From the NCBI GenBank assembly GCA_001661245.1, contig KV454013.1, positions 838,502 to 902,501 of the forward strand: 64,000 nt of DNA, in the 5' to 3' direction. This document shows positions 1-10,634 of this stretch, piece after piece. The DNA is from Pachysolen tannophilus NRRL Y-2460. Its lineage: Eukaryota. Each line of letters begins with the position of its first letter. The stretch's first letter is position 1. The notes beneath the pieces are model-generated. The model was not told where the DNA came from. It saw only the letters and a list, made by a program, of their open reading frames with translations, and searched no databases. Both the position numbers and the translations under genes were made by a program.

Positions 1-2
1 GT

Positions 3-1892
3 GTGAGCGAAACAAAGAGAGTTTTACCACTTTTACAGAAACTTTCATCTACTTCACCAAACGATAGATCTATGGCTTTAAGTACCATAACTTTATTATG
101 CGAGGATCCTAATTTGAGAAGAATTTTCTTGAAGGAAAAATTGGTTAAAATTGTGCTTGAGCAGTGTATCAATGATAACAACGATGAGATAGTTGTTGAA
201 AGTTTTGGGTTATTAAGAAATTTGGTTATTGATGAAGGAGTATCATTGATCAAACATTTGCTAAGATCGAATTTATGGTTTTTAATTGAGCACAATATTA
301 ATACTAAATGTAAGAATTCATTTCATTATTTGTTTGGTAATAATGATAACGATAGTGGTAACAACAATAGTGGTAATAACAAGCCAGTTACTGTCAAGAC
401 AGATGAGATAAACCAGTTGTTTGATTTTACAGAAACTTTAATCAGCTTAGTTCTTAGTATATTAACTTGTTCAGATGATGAGATTTTTGTTCAATATTAT
501 CAGAAGTTGAATGAAGGTGAAATATTGAATTTTATTGTTGATTTAATTAATTTAAATCTTAATTCGAACAGCTTAAAGTTTTCTAAAAAATTATTTCAAG
601 CTTTGTTGGAATTCATTTATCAATTATCTAACCAATCTTCTGATTTTGTATTGAAAATAGTACCATTGATATCATTGACCAAGCTTTTGCAATTTGATGA
701 AAATTTTACAATTTTATCAAGGTTATCTCACATTTATATTCAAGGAATCAAATTTCATTATACGGAATTAACAGATGAATCTATTACTAATAGAGATGAA
801 TTCATATTGGCAACTTTAAGATCCATTACATCAATAATTTCTACAATAAATATTGAAGAATCGTTAAAGCTTTTAAACAAGCCAATTGATAATACAGAAC
901 CTAATAATGCTACAAAGGAAGAAGAAAATAATAAAGAACTTTCTACAATAAATGATGAGTTATTATCCATTGATATATCATTGGATATAATAGCCACTTT
1001 GATTGAATTTAATGGCTCAGAAAATTATGAAGAGTCTATTAGTTTAAATCAAGATTTGATGCAATTTTATATATCTTCACTAATCCCAATGATAATCCAA
1101 TTATTTACAAATTATAATGAATACTTTACTAATAAGGTTTTAATTGTTTTGAACAATCTTTCATGGTTATTTTCGCAACTGGATGAAAAACCTGTTGAAT
1201 GGTTTGAAAGTCTGCAAAAATTATATGAAATAGTGATTACTAAATTCTTATTATTAGAGGATTATAAAAATGATTTGGCTCTTGTAACTGATTACTTGAA
1301 TCTGTTATTTATCTTAGGTAAAACATTACATCATACATTACCATTCAATTTGAATAAAGAACAGTTGGATAAAATTTTGAAACTATCAAATAGTGTTATT
1401 GATATTTCTACAGATGAATCACAAGCAGAAGCAGAGGAAGAGGAACCACAATTAATCAAACAATTTTTCATAGCTTTAATTAGTTTCTTGGCTATTATAG
1501 CGAAAGTTCCATCACAATTAGAAATCACCTCCATTATATCAGATTATATTTTCCAATTAATCAAATTTTCTATGGAATCCCTAACAATAGATCAGCAGCA
1601 TCAAAATAATAAATTGTTTAAACACTTGAAACAAAACTATATTTTTGAACTTATAATAACTGAAGCTATTAATTCTATATTTGACATTTATGATGACAAG
1701 ACAAATGATTATGATTATCAACTTTTTGTTGCTGGAGGTTTAAATAATACTTTGAAAATTTTTGAAAAAGAATTCAAGTCCATTTATAAGAAAATTGATA
1801 AAAATAAAGATGAAATATTAAAATCCAAGAGTGAAGAAACTCTGATCAACTTGGGACGGTTTATTCAATACAAAGAAGATGAAGCAAGTTAA
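3..1892 (+). CDS. SYO1: Synportin-1, ARM/HEAT adaptor for Rpl5/Rpl11; 5' end lies outside the window
   Basis: LPLLQKLSS..PNDRSMAL..LLCED..R..FLKEKLV..DEIVVESFGLLRNL near the start and NLGRFIQYK at the end. The ORF is open to the window edge. Confidence 0.8.
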   Translation: MSETKRVLPLLQKLSSTSPNDRSMALSTITLLCEDPNLRRIFLKEKLVKIVLEQCINDNNDEIVVESFGLLRNLVIDEGVSLIKHLLRSNLWFLIEHNINTKCKNSFHYLFGNNDNDSGNNNSGNNKPVTVKTDEINQLFDFTETLISLVLSILTCSDDEIFVQYYQKLNEGEILNFIVDLINLNLNSNSLKFSKKLFQALLEFIYQLSNQSSDFVLKIVPLISLTKLLQFDENFTILSRLSHIYIQGIKFHYTELTDESITNRDEFILATLRSITSIISTINIEESLKLLNKPIDNTEPNNATKEEENNKELSTINDELLSIDISLDIIATLIEFNGSENYEESISLNQDLMQFYISSLIPMIIQLFTNYNEYFTNKVLIVLNNLSWLFSQLDEKPVEWFESLQKLYEIVITKFLLLEDYKNDLALVTDYLNLLFILGKTLHHTLPFNLNKEQLDKILKLSNSVIDISTDESQAEAEEEEPQLIKQFFIALISFLAIIAKVPSQLEITSIISDYIFQLIKFSMESLTIDQQHQNNKLFKHLKQNYIFELIITEAINSIFDIYDDKTNDYDYQLFVAGGLNNTLKIFEKEFKSIYKKIDKNKDEILKSKSEETLINLGRFIQYKEDEAS

Positions 1893-2120
1893 AAACTTTA
1901 CCTATATAGAAGTTCTATAGCACAATACTATTATAATTTGTCAATTTTTTCAAAAAGAACAACAACAATAATAAAATAAATTAATATGAATAAATGTAAA
2001 GAAAATGAACTGAAAAGAAAAGAATTTTAATACAATTTTGGCAAAACAATTTTTTTAAAAAAAAAAAAAAAGAAAAAGTAAGAAATTTTTGGGAACAAGA
2101 GCCAAGCTAAATCAGAAAGG

Positions 2121-2684
2121 TCAACTAGCTGGTGCACCATATTTTTGCGCCTGTTCTTTAACTTTCTTTTCATAAGTAGCTCTATCTTTACCGTAAGCTC
2201 TCCAAGCAGGTTCTTGAGCTGGAGAATCGGGATTAGGTGAATCTAATAACTCTTGAATCCCAATAACAATTTGTTTCAATGTAATAGCTGGACGCCAATC
2301 TTGTTCCTCGTTTAATATCGAAAGGCATATTGTTCCAGAAGGATAAACATTTGGATGATAAAAATTTTGAGGAAATTTAACTTTTGGTGGTTTTGATGGA
2401 TAATCATCTGGAAAATTAATCGTTACCGGATATACTCCTCCTTCCCATAAAGTATGAGATTTCCCCGGTATACCAGCTGTCCAGTTTTGAAGATCAAGAG
2501 CTCCTCCAACGGTCTTGTTTGGTTTGGCATAAAACCCAAACGGATGATCTTTTCTCCATCGTTTACTATTTAAATTAAAAAAAAAAAAACATTGGTTTAG
2601 TTAGTTGAAAACATTCTTAATAACTACTAAAATAATAATTAACACTTACCGTTCCTCTTGAAGACGAGTTTTGCAAAGACTTGA
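2121..2684 (-). CDS. UBC9: SUMO-conjugating E2; exons 2684-2650 and 2565-2121; its ATG is displaced to 3293-3295(+) by the inversion
   Basis: Manual translation gives [27 protein letters not shown]...[28 protein letters not shown]...[10 protein letters not shown]. Absent from the ORF track. Confidence 0.95.
2566..2649 (-). other. UBC9: Spliceosomal intron of UBC9 (84 nt)
   Basis: GTAAGT donor at 2649, AACTAAC branch near 2600 and TAG acceptor ending at 2566. Splicing gives in-frame EER-KRW. Confidence 0.9.
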
Positions 2685-3069
2685 CACTATTATTATTACA
2701 ATCTTGTAAATTCTCATTATTTTCCCTATTAATATCATTAACAAAAGATTCAAATTCTTTTGATAATTCTGGATTAGTTGACGATAATTGTCCCATAATT
2801 TTCAGAAACTCATCTTCAAATTGCTTATCCAATCCAGATCCAGATACACCCAAATCATCCAGTATATCACTTCTCAGTTCTTTCCCTGCATCTTGTTCAA
2901 ATTTTTCTTCTTCTTCTTCTTCTTCTTTATCTTTATTCGATTGTATAACGCTACTACCAGGAGGTTTACTCAAGATATCATCCTGTAACTCGTCTAAAAA
3001 ATCATCTAAATCATCCAAATCATCCTCAACCTCAATATCAGCATTCTTATCCACCAGTCTTTCAGACAT
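2685..3069 (-). CDS. PEX19: Pex19 N-terminal part, inverted relative to its C-terminal part
   Basis: MSERL...DDLDDLDDFLDELQDDILSKPPG is the acidic Pex3-binding N-terminus. It joins position 3296 in frame once 2685-3295 is flipped. Confidence 0.85.
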
Positions 3070-3295
3070 ATCCTTGTTTCCTTCTATCAAGTTCAAGGGT
3101 TTATTTAATTGTATTCTTCTTCTTCTTTTTAATTGTAATAGTTCAGCAACTTCATTTATATAAAAATGGTTTATTTAAAAAAAAAAAGAAAAAAAATAAA
3201 TTCAAAAATTTAAGTAAAACGGAAGATTTAACTTCAAATATTATTTGAATACAATCAAGGTCAAGATAAGTCGAGTCATTTAGATAGCTGATATG

Positions 3296-3941
3296 AAAGG
3301 CCATCTAATTTTCAAGATATTATGCTGGAAGCAATGAATAGGTTAAAGAAATCTGGAGAATCGGTGGATAAACAGTTAAAAGATGAACAATCATCATCTA
3401 ATGATTTTATTACTCAATTACTTTCACAATTGGGAGATTTGAATTTAGATCTGGATCAGAATGAAATAGATGGTGCAGCTGCTCTTGAAGGTGGTCAAGG
3501 AGATGATCAATTGATGAATAATCTTTTAAATGATCTTATATCACAATTGATTTCTAAAAAAATCTTGTATGAACCTTTAAAAGAACTTTCATTAAAATAT
3601 CCAATATATTTAAAAGAAAAAAAATTAATAATGATCAAGAAAATAAATATACAAAACAATATGAAATTGTAATGAAAATTGTTAATAAATTTGATGAAAA
3701 AGATTATGAAGATTTAAAAGATTTCCCCTTTATTAATAAACATTTAGAAGAATTACAAGAATTAGGAATGCCACCAAAAGAATTAGTTGGTGAAAATGAT
3801 GGATTAAACGAAATTTTTGGAGGAAATTTTAATATCAATAATAATGATACTAATAATAGTTTTGAAGAAGGAATTGGTAAAGATGATGAAATTCCTGAAG
3901 ATGTTCAAAAACAATTGGAAGAAAATTGCAAACAAGTATAA
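3296..3941 (+). CDS. PEX19: Pex19 C-terminal part, with an apparent 1-nt frameshift in the A-run at 3617-3624
   Basis: NFQDIM.EAMNRLKKSG, LISKKILYEPLKEL, LEELQELGMPPKEL and a C-terminal CaaX box CKQV. Confidence 0.9.
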
Positions 3942-4132
3942 ACCCCATAAAAATTTGTAAAATTTTATTTATCATTTAAAATCATTTAAAATTTTAATTT
4001 AAATATTTTTAAAAAAGAAACAAAGAAAAGAAAGAAAAAAAAACTCTTGATATTTTTTAATTCTCCCCACCATTTTCTATATCTTCAATATTCAGCTTAA
4101 ATATAAAATCTAAACATATACAAAAGTCTTTT

Positions 4133-5467
4133 TCAAGTAACAATATCTCCAGCAATATTGAATTTTGCATCATCACCTTCACCCAATTTTGTAGTACCTT
4201 TTTCCTTATATGTACTTACTGCTGGGATATCTGCTTTAATCTTAGTGACCAAAGTATCAAAAGCTCTTGGATCTAATTTAATTAAAGTATGTAATGGAAT
4301 TTTCATCCATGGACTTTCTTCTTGTGGAACATTCATAAAATATGCATATAAACATCTTAGCACTGCTTGATGAGTAATTAATAAGATATTTTCTTGATTT
4401 TCCAAATTCATTATAATTGGTTCTAATCTAATAATAACATCTCTATATGATTCTCCACCTCTATAACGATATTCAAATTTATTTTCATCTCTCATTTTAA
4501 AATCTTCAGGGTATAATTTTTGAATTTCTTCATAAGTAAGACCATCACATACTCCAGCATCTAATTCATCTAATGCTTTCCAAGTTTTTTTAGGATAATC
4601 CAAATATTGAGCAGTTTGTTGAGTTCTTTTCAAAGTTGAAGTCCAAACTTCTAAATTTTCATTATTTGGAATATAACGTGAAACTAATTCAGGTAAATTT
4701 TTTGCATATTTAAAACCTCTTTCTGATAAATCACTATCACCTCCAATTTTACCTTCTAAATTATAACTTGATTCACCATGTCTTGATAACCATATTGTTC
4801 TTGGTTTAATATGTAAATTCATTATGAAATAAACAATTCTACTTTCTAAATAAGTTTGAATTTTATTAATTATAATTTGAGCATTAACATTGATCAATTT
4901 AATAAAAGTTAAATCTGAATCAGTAGACATATTTAAAGGTTCATAAACTTGTTCATATTTTGTAATTCTTTTTAAAAAATCTTTAATAGCAAAATCTGGA
5001 TTAACACCTTGATAATCTGGTGAAGTTGTCTTTACATCTAAAATATTATTCATTATAATTTCATTATTATCACAATAACTTTCTAAAAACATTGGTTCAA
5101 TTTTATTTAATCTTAATAATTCCAATATTTTTTTCCTTCTTTCCCTAGTAGTATTTGAAGCATCTAATACTCCAACTGTACCATTTTTTTCATTAAACCA
5201 TGTAAGCATATCTTTTAATGCCATTTCTAAAGCTCGATTTCTAGTATCTAATCCTTCTTCATTATTTTCATCAAAAAATTCAGCAGTAGGTTGTTGTTTT
5301 TGACGCCTCCTATAAGATCCAACATTAAAACTCTTGGAACTTATAGAAAGCCAATTCAAATACCTAACAATCTTTTGACTCATTAATGACTTGCCTCTAG
5401 CTGGAAGTCCAACCATAACAACACATATCCTAACATTATCAACATGAGAAACTGTATACACCGGCAT
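4133..5467 (-). CDS. FBP26: Fructose-2,6-bisphosphatase / 6-phosphofructo-2-kinase family
   Basis: VMVGLPARGKS P-loop, WLSRHGES histidine-phosphatase motif, RYRGGESY. Confidence 0.92.
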   Translation of the reverse strand: MPVYTVSHVDNVRICVVMVGLPARGKSLMSQKIVRYLNWLSISSKSFNVGSYRRRQKQQPTAEFFDENNEEGLDTRNRALEMALKDMLTWFNEKNGTVGVLDASNTTRERRKKILELLRLNKIEPMFLESYCDNNEIIMNNILDVKTTSPDYQGVNPDFAIKDFLKRITKYEQVYEPLNMSTDSDLTFIKLINVNAQIIINKIQTYLESRIVYFIMNLHIKPRTIWLSRHGESSYNLEGKIGGDSDLSERGFKYAKNLPELVSRYIPNNENLEVWTSTLKRTQQTAQYLDYPKKTWKALDELDAGVCDGLTYEEIQKLYPEDFKMRDENKFEYRYRGGESYRDVIIRLEPIIMNLENQENILLITHQAVLRCLYAYFMNVPQEESPWMKIPLHTLIKLDPRAFDTLVTKIKADIPAVSTYKEKGTTKLGEGDDAKFNIAGDIVT

Positions 5468-5824
5468 TCTTCTAAAATAATACTACTCAACAACTAAACT
5501 CAATAGTGAAATATAAAATATTATCAAAACCTCTAACAATCCTCAATCCTCAATCCTCAATCATCAATCATCAATTCAAATGATTAAATCTCCTTTAAAA
5601 ACTAATTGAATTTGACCACAAAACAAAGAAAAGAGAAAAGAAAATAAAAGAAAAAAAAATTTAAAAATTTTTTTTTTTTGTTTTCTAAATACGGAGCAAA
5701 AAGTAAATAAATTTGATGTTTTTTAAATTAAAATAAGGTGATTTAATAAGGAAAAGAGTTGATATTCAAAGTTGAGGTTGGTATTGAAAAGAGGAGAGTT
5801 TAAAGTGTTTGTTTGAATTTGAGG

Positions 5825-7261
5825 ATGTCATTTAATATCAACTGGTCACAGACCAGGAATGATCTTTCTTCGATGACAAAGAATTTATTAAATAATACTC
5901 TTAATAGTAGTAAATCAAATATATTGACAAGTGAGATTGAGATATTAAATTTAGAATTTGGGAATCAAAAGCCAAATTTTGAGATATTAGAGATTGGAGA
6001 GCTTACTCAACAATCTTTTAGAGGTATATTTAAGCTTGATTATGAAGGTGATGCTAGGTTAAATTTGAAAACTACAGTTGAGGCAAATCCTATTAATATT
6101 TATACTAATAATTTAAAGGATATGTTTTTAAATGATCAAGAATTAAATGATTTTATAACACCAAAGTTTTTAATGGCAAATGATTCTTTTTCGATTCCAT
6201 TAAATTTACAATTATCACAAATTAAGATAAATTCAATTATTATTATTGTATTTAGTAAAAAAAAAGGTTTAACATTAGTTTTCAGAAATGAACCATTAGA
6301 GAAAATTATTGTTAATTCTTCTTTTGATAATATTTCACCATTAAAAGATTTTCTACAAAAAAAAATTGAAAGTCAAATTATGGATATTATTAAAGATATT
6401 TTACCTTCATTATTATATGAATTAAGTTTAAATTATGTTTCAAATAATAATAATATTGAAGATTTACATAAAAAATTACAAGAAAAATTACAAGAAGATA
6501 AACGTACTTTATTTAAAGATATTAATGAAGAACAACAAGATATTAGTCCTAAAAATTTAATGATTTTATCAAGATTAAGTGCATCAAATCAATCATTTGC
6601 AATTAGTAGTATGGTTAGTACTCTGGGAATTATGAATAAAACTTCTTTAAAATTAATTGAAAATAATTCATCTTCTCAAATTTTAAAATTTAAATTAAAA
6701 AATTCAGAAAAAATTAATGAAGAAAAATTAAATGAATTAATTATGAATATTCATAATTGTAAAAATATTAAAATTTCAAGAAGAAAGATAAAATTAGGTG
6801 GTATTAAATTGAATAAAAATAATAAAAATTCAAATCTTGATGGTTCTATATCTGATAGTAGTAGCACAATAATTTCCAATAGTGAGAATTCTACATTAAA
6901 TGATTCAGATACATCAGTACAAGATACTACTACAATTTCTAATTCTAATGAAACTTCCATCAAAAGAAATGATGACATTTCCAAAAATGATGATAGAAGA
7001 GAAACCTTGGTTCATCCAAAACCACAGTTGGCAACAGTTGGTATCCGTGGCTTGGAGAATTCTGTGAAAGAAGATGAAATTAAATGTAATCCCACCTATA
7101 AGCGCAATCATTACAATGTGTCTCAACGTGATAAAAAATCCCGCGACAAGAAGTCCCACAACAAGAAGTTCAACGAAAGCGATGGCAGTAACGATGGCAG
7201 TAATGGTGAATATAACATGGATAATCTAAGTCCACCACCACCACCATATTCCATCGGTTAA
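5825..7261 (+). CDS. MDM34: ERMES subunit Mdm34
   Basis: MSFNINW start; FEILEIGEL..FRGIFKLDY.GD; KGLTLVFRNEPL; C-terminal PPPPY. Confidence 0.9.
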   Translation: MSFNINWSQTRNDLSSMTKNLLNNTLNSSKSNILTSEIEILNLEFGNQKPNFEILEIGELTQQSFRGIFKLDYEGDARLNLKTTVEANPINIYTNNLKDMFLNDQELNDFITPKFLMANDSFSIPLNLQLSQIKINSIIIIVFSKKKGLTLVFRNEPLEKIIVNSSFDNISPLKDFLQKKIESQIMDIIKDILPSLLYELSLNYVSNNNNIEDLHKKLQEKLQEDKRTLFKDINEEQQDISPKNLMILSRLSASNQSFAISSMVSTLGIMNKTSLKLIENNSSSQILKFKLKNSEKINEEKLNELIMNIHNCKNIKISRRKIKLGGIKLNKNNKNSNLDGSISDSSSTIISNSENSTLNDSDTSVQDTTTISNSNETSIKRNDDISKNDDRRETLVHPKPQLATVGIRGLENSVKEDEIKCNPTYKRNHYNVSQRDKKSRDKKSHNKKFNESDGSNDGSNGEYNMDNLSPPPPPYSIG

Positions 7262-7659
7262 TTTATTAATATTCATCTATTCATGATTTCTTTTAATTTT
7301 ATTCTGTGTGTTTCTTTTTTTTTTTATTTTTTATTTTATTTTATTGGATTTTGTGTTGTTTTAATGATTAGAATGTTTGTTGGTGTCTTGTATAGCCTTG
7401 AGGTGTCCATTTGCTTTATTTTATTATCTTTCTTTTAAATATAATATCTATCTATATATATATATATATCTTTTAACTATCGTTTGTAGTTGTTGTAAAT
7501 CACATTTCTTCTTATCAAGAATTCAACAAAAAATTTCAAAATGCAACAACATTTAAAGGTGAAAAATTCAACTTTTTAGAAAACTTATCAAACTATTAAT
7601 TAATAACAATATTTAAAAATTAAATCAGTGAACGTTTCAAGTAGAGATCAAAAGTCGAG

Positions 7660-8046
7660 ATGTCTGGTGGAACCAATAACAGAAAGGATAATGAGGAAAC
7701 TAAGTCTGGGAAAGTAGGATCATCATCCAGCTTATCGTCATCTCAAAAATTTTTTATGGTAAATGGTATCATTTTTTTGGTCGGATGGGTAATACTTTTG
7801 AATATCACCATTTTCTATAAAAGCAAAGAAGAAAGCTATAGTGCTTGGTGTGTTTTCTTCAAGAAAAACCCACACTTATACTTGTACTATTTACCGTTTT
7901 TCGGATTACAAAGTTTTCTATATGATTATTTATTGCCAAAATTCAGTGCCTTCAATGAGATGAGCTTTTCATATAAATTTATGATAAGATTTTGGTTGAT
8001 TATTTTGATATATACTTATTTCAGGGAAAATTTTATTAATTGGTGA
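7660..8046 (+). CDS. Hypothetical 128-aa membrane protein
   Basis: ATG-started ORF that fills the intergenic space, with 2-3 hydrophobic/aromatic segments. No family recognised. Confidence 0.55.
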   Translation: MSGGTNNRKDNEETKSGKVGSSSSLSSSQKFFMVNGIIFLVGWVILLNITIFYKSKEESYSAWCVFFKKNPHLYLYYLPFFGLQSFLYDYLLPKFSAFNEMSFSYKFMIRFWLIILIYTYFRENFINW

Positions 8047-8115
8047 ATATTAAGAATGATTATTTGAGTTTTGTGTTTGTGTGAATGAGTTTCTATTTAA
8101 TTCTATCTAGTAAAC

Positions 8116-10404
8116 CTATGTATCCATTGGTTCGTCTTCATCATCATCTGTGTTGACATCAATCTCTGGCATTTCAAAATCTGAGCCTTCATCTTCTCTG
8201 TCGTTGTCATCAACAGTGCTCTCTATGATCTGTGTCTCAACAGATTTGATAGGAATTACGTCTTCAACTTTCAGCAACTTCGAAATGTCCTCTTTTAATT
8301 CTTTTCCGGCTTTTAAAGAATCATTAGATGGTATTGTAAACACTTCATCCAGATACTTATCAACCTCTTTCTCAGCGTAATAATTTTCTGCTACTTCTGG
8401 AATGTTGTCTTTTGAAGATTTATCTTCAGTGAATGATACTTCATTAATCAATGGTTCTTCAATTTTTCTTTTCTTTTCTGAAAACTCTTCAACTTCTTCT
8501 TCTTTTTCTTCTTCTTCATCACTTTCATCATCCCCTGATACAAAGTTTACTTCTTTTTCTTCAGCAAGTACATTAACTTTAACTGGTAATGGAGGTAATC
8601 TTGGATTAATGAATAAACTGAAAAATTCATCCTCACTACCTAAAATTTGTGATACAAATGGTAAAATATTGCCAGAGGTACCCTGTGGGAATAATAACGA
8701 AATTTTCAACAATTTCAATAAGGATTCCATCATCACATTTTCGTCATTACCAGTAACACCTAGCTTGATATACTGTGCCAACTGTTCACGGTTACGTAAC
8801 AATTCAAGTATTGTGTAACGAGAAATTTGAGATCTCACAGTATTGGTGGAAAACGAAGAGCTTAATATCTGTATAAAGAAATTATTCAAAGCTATTATAG
8901 TTTTTGAAGGAATTTTCTTAAGAGATGAATTATTAGTAAAGATTAAATCACTTGTGGAACTATTCGAAATACCATTTCCATTTCCATTCTTCTTTCTTTT
9001 CTTGTTATTTCCGCTTGAAGAATTTTCAACATCATTAAGAGATTGAGGTAATCTATCCTTAGATAGCACCAAGGCGGCTTGAATCAATTTATTAATCACA
9101 GAATGATCACCATAATTGTCTGTTAAGGATAAGTAAGAAGTAGCACATATCAATATATCAACTATGAAATCTTCCATTTCCAAGATTTTATCATTATCAA
9201 TTTTCAAAACACTTTTTGTATTAGTTGTTGGAATACAAAAATCTAAATCAACCAATATTGGGGTCAAGTACATCAACAAATCACCTCCGAATTTCTTTGG
9301 CAACGATGATAATAAATAAATACTTTTATGTTGTAAATCATTTATGGATTTATTTAAGAAAAAACTCAACTCCTGACTCAGGTAAAAACTTCTTTTGAAT
9401 TTAATAACATTTAAATTAAAAGAAGATAATATATCTCCCAATGAAACTATGTAACCCAAGGGCAATTTAAACATATAACTTTTACTTTCTAAAAATGAAT
9501 TATAATATGAAGTTATCAATTGTAATAATATATCTAATCTTTCATTAACCAATAATATACTCTTGGGGTCATTCACATCAATATCTAAAAATGGGAAAAT
9601 TGATGTGAATGAATTACTTGAAGGTAATTTTAGTTGTAAGTCAGAAAATATACTCTCACTATCAATAAAGTTTTCATAAAGTAATAAAACTGATTTGATT
9701 TCCATAATCAAATTAATGAAATTTTGATAATAAACTTCTGGCATTGATTCCTTCTCAGTGATGAAATTTAACACCACAAAACATTCACATGTTATTTGTT
9801 TCAATTCTAATGGTATAGATTTATTAAAATTTTGTAACAGTAACAATTCTAATAATTTTGTTTTAAATTTAACTTGGAAAGGTTTAAAAATTGAAGTATT
9901 TGAAATTAAAAATTGAAATAAATTCTTTAAAATCTCAAATGGTGATATTGAAATAAGATCAATAAGTACACTGACATAATTGGGCAAGTTTGGAGTTAAA
10001 ACTTCCCTTGTTAAAGCTGGTTTCCCTTGTATCTGCTTTGCAAGAGCTTTAAAACAATCCATTGAAGTTTTCAAAACCAACTTTATTTGTTCATTATTAC
10101 CACCATTATTAAAATTCTTAATATTATTCAACACTTTTAAAATATTGATGAAAAATTTTTTACTATAATTCGATAACACATATCCATTACTTCTCATAAC
10201 CAAGAGAACATGAATTAACTTTATCCCATAGAAATTGTTAAACAAGTGGTATGTCTTTAACAAATTTGTTACTCTCGAACATAAATGATCTTGATCAGTT
10301 TTACTAAACGTGTTGAAATGATAATAAATATTCTCAATTATAAATGGCAAATCTCGCTGTTGCGGATTCTCTATCAAAGTTAAAATACTCTTGATAGAAG
10401 ACAT
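8116..10404 (-). CDS. RIX1: Rixosome subunit Rix1 (PELP1-like)
   Basis: GKPALTREVLTPNLP, INPRLPPL and an acidic tail ending FEMPEIDVNTDDDE. PAC/RRPE motifs lie upstream. Confidence 0.85.
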   Translation of the reverse strand: MSSIKSILTLIENPQQRDLPFIIENIYYHFNTFSKTDQDHLCSRVTNLLKTYHLFNNFYGIKLIHVLLVMRSNGYVLSNYSKKFFINILKVLNNIKNFNNGGNNEQIKLVLKTSMDCFKALAKQIQGKPALTREVLTPNLPNYVSVLIDLISISPFEILKNLFQFLISNTSIFKPFQVKFKTKLLELLLLQNFNKSIPLELKQITCECFVVLNFITEKESMPEVYYQNFINLIMEIKSVLLLYENFIDSESIFSDLQLKLPSSNSFTSIFPFLDIDVNDPKSILLVNERLDILLQLITSYYNSFLESKSYMFKLPLGYIVSLGDILSSFNLNVIKFKRSFYLSQELSFFLNKSINDLQHKSIYLLSSLPKKFGGDLLMYLTPILVDLDFCIPTTNTKSVLKIDNDKILEMEDFIVDILICATSYLSLTDNYGDHSVINKLIQAALVLSKDRLPQSLNDVENSSSGNNKKRKKNGNGNGISNSSTSDLIFTNNSSLKKIPSKTIIALNNFFIQILSSSFSTNTVRSQISRYTILELLRNREQLAQYIKLGVTGNDENVMMESLLKLLKISLLFPQGTSGNILPFVSQILGSEDEFFSLFINPRLPPLPVKVNVLAEEKEVNFVSGDDESDEEEEKEEEVEEFSEKKRKIEEPLINEVSFTEDKSSKDNIPEVAENYYAEKEVDKYLDEVFTIPSNDSLKAGKELKEDISKLLKVEDVIPIKSVETQIIESTVDDNDREDEGSDFEMPEIDVNTDDDEDEPMDT

Positions 10405-10537
10405 CACTTAAACTCTACTGCTACTCTATCCTCGTTAAAGCTATATTTTACTTAATTATTACCTACCTCTTCATTTAAAAGGAATATAAAAATTTTTTGC
10501 AATAATATAATTAAAAAAAAAAACAGAAAAAAATTTT

Positions 10538-10556
10538 GCGATGAGGTGAAAAATTC
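10538..10556 (+). promoter_or_regulatory. PAC (GCGATGAG) plus RRPE-like (TGAAAAATT) motifs upstream of RIX1
   Basis: Direct match to the ribosome-biogenesis promoter motifs. Confidence 0.65.
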
Positions 10557-10634
10557 TTTAATACCCCAAAAAAAAACACAGTACAAAATAGAAAACTATA
10601 AAAATATTAATTGTTTAATTAGGAGAAAATCTAC

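Noticed and set aside
2685..2690. UBC9 start codon split by an upstream intron (TAG|TG TCA), or a native GTG start
   Set aside because: The upstream sequence is Pex19 coding DNA with no evident branch point, and the inversion model explains both genes exactly.
2681..3163. 160-aa Ser-rich plus-strand ORF
   Set aside because: Antisense shadow of the acidic Pex19 N-terminus.
8150..10168. Short antisense ORFs in RIX1, and similar ones in other long genes
   Set aside because: Shadows of real CDSs, with non-ATG starts and no family features.
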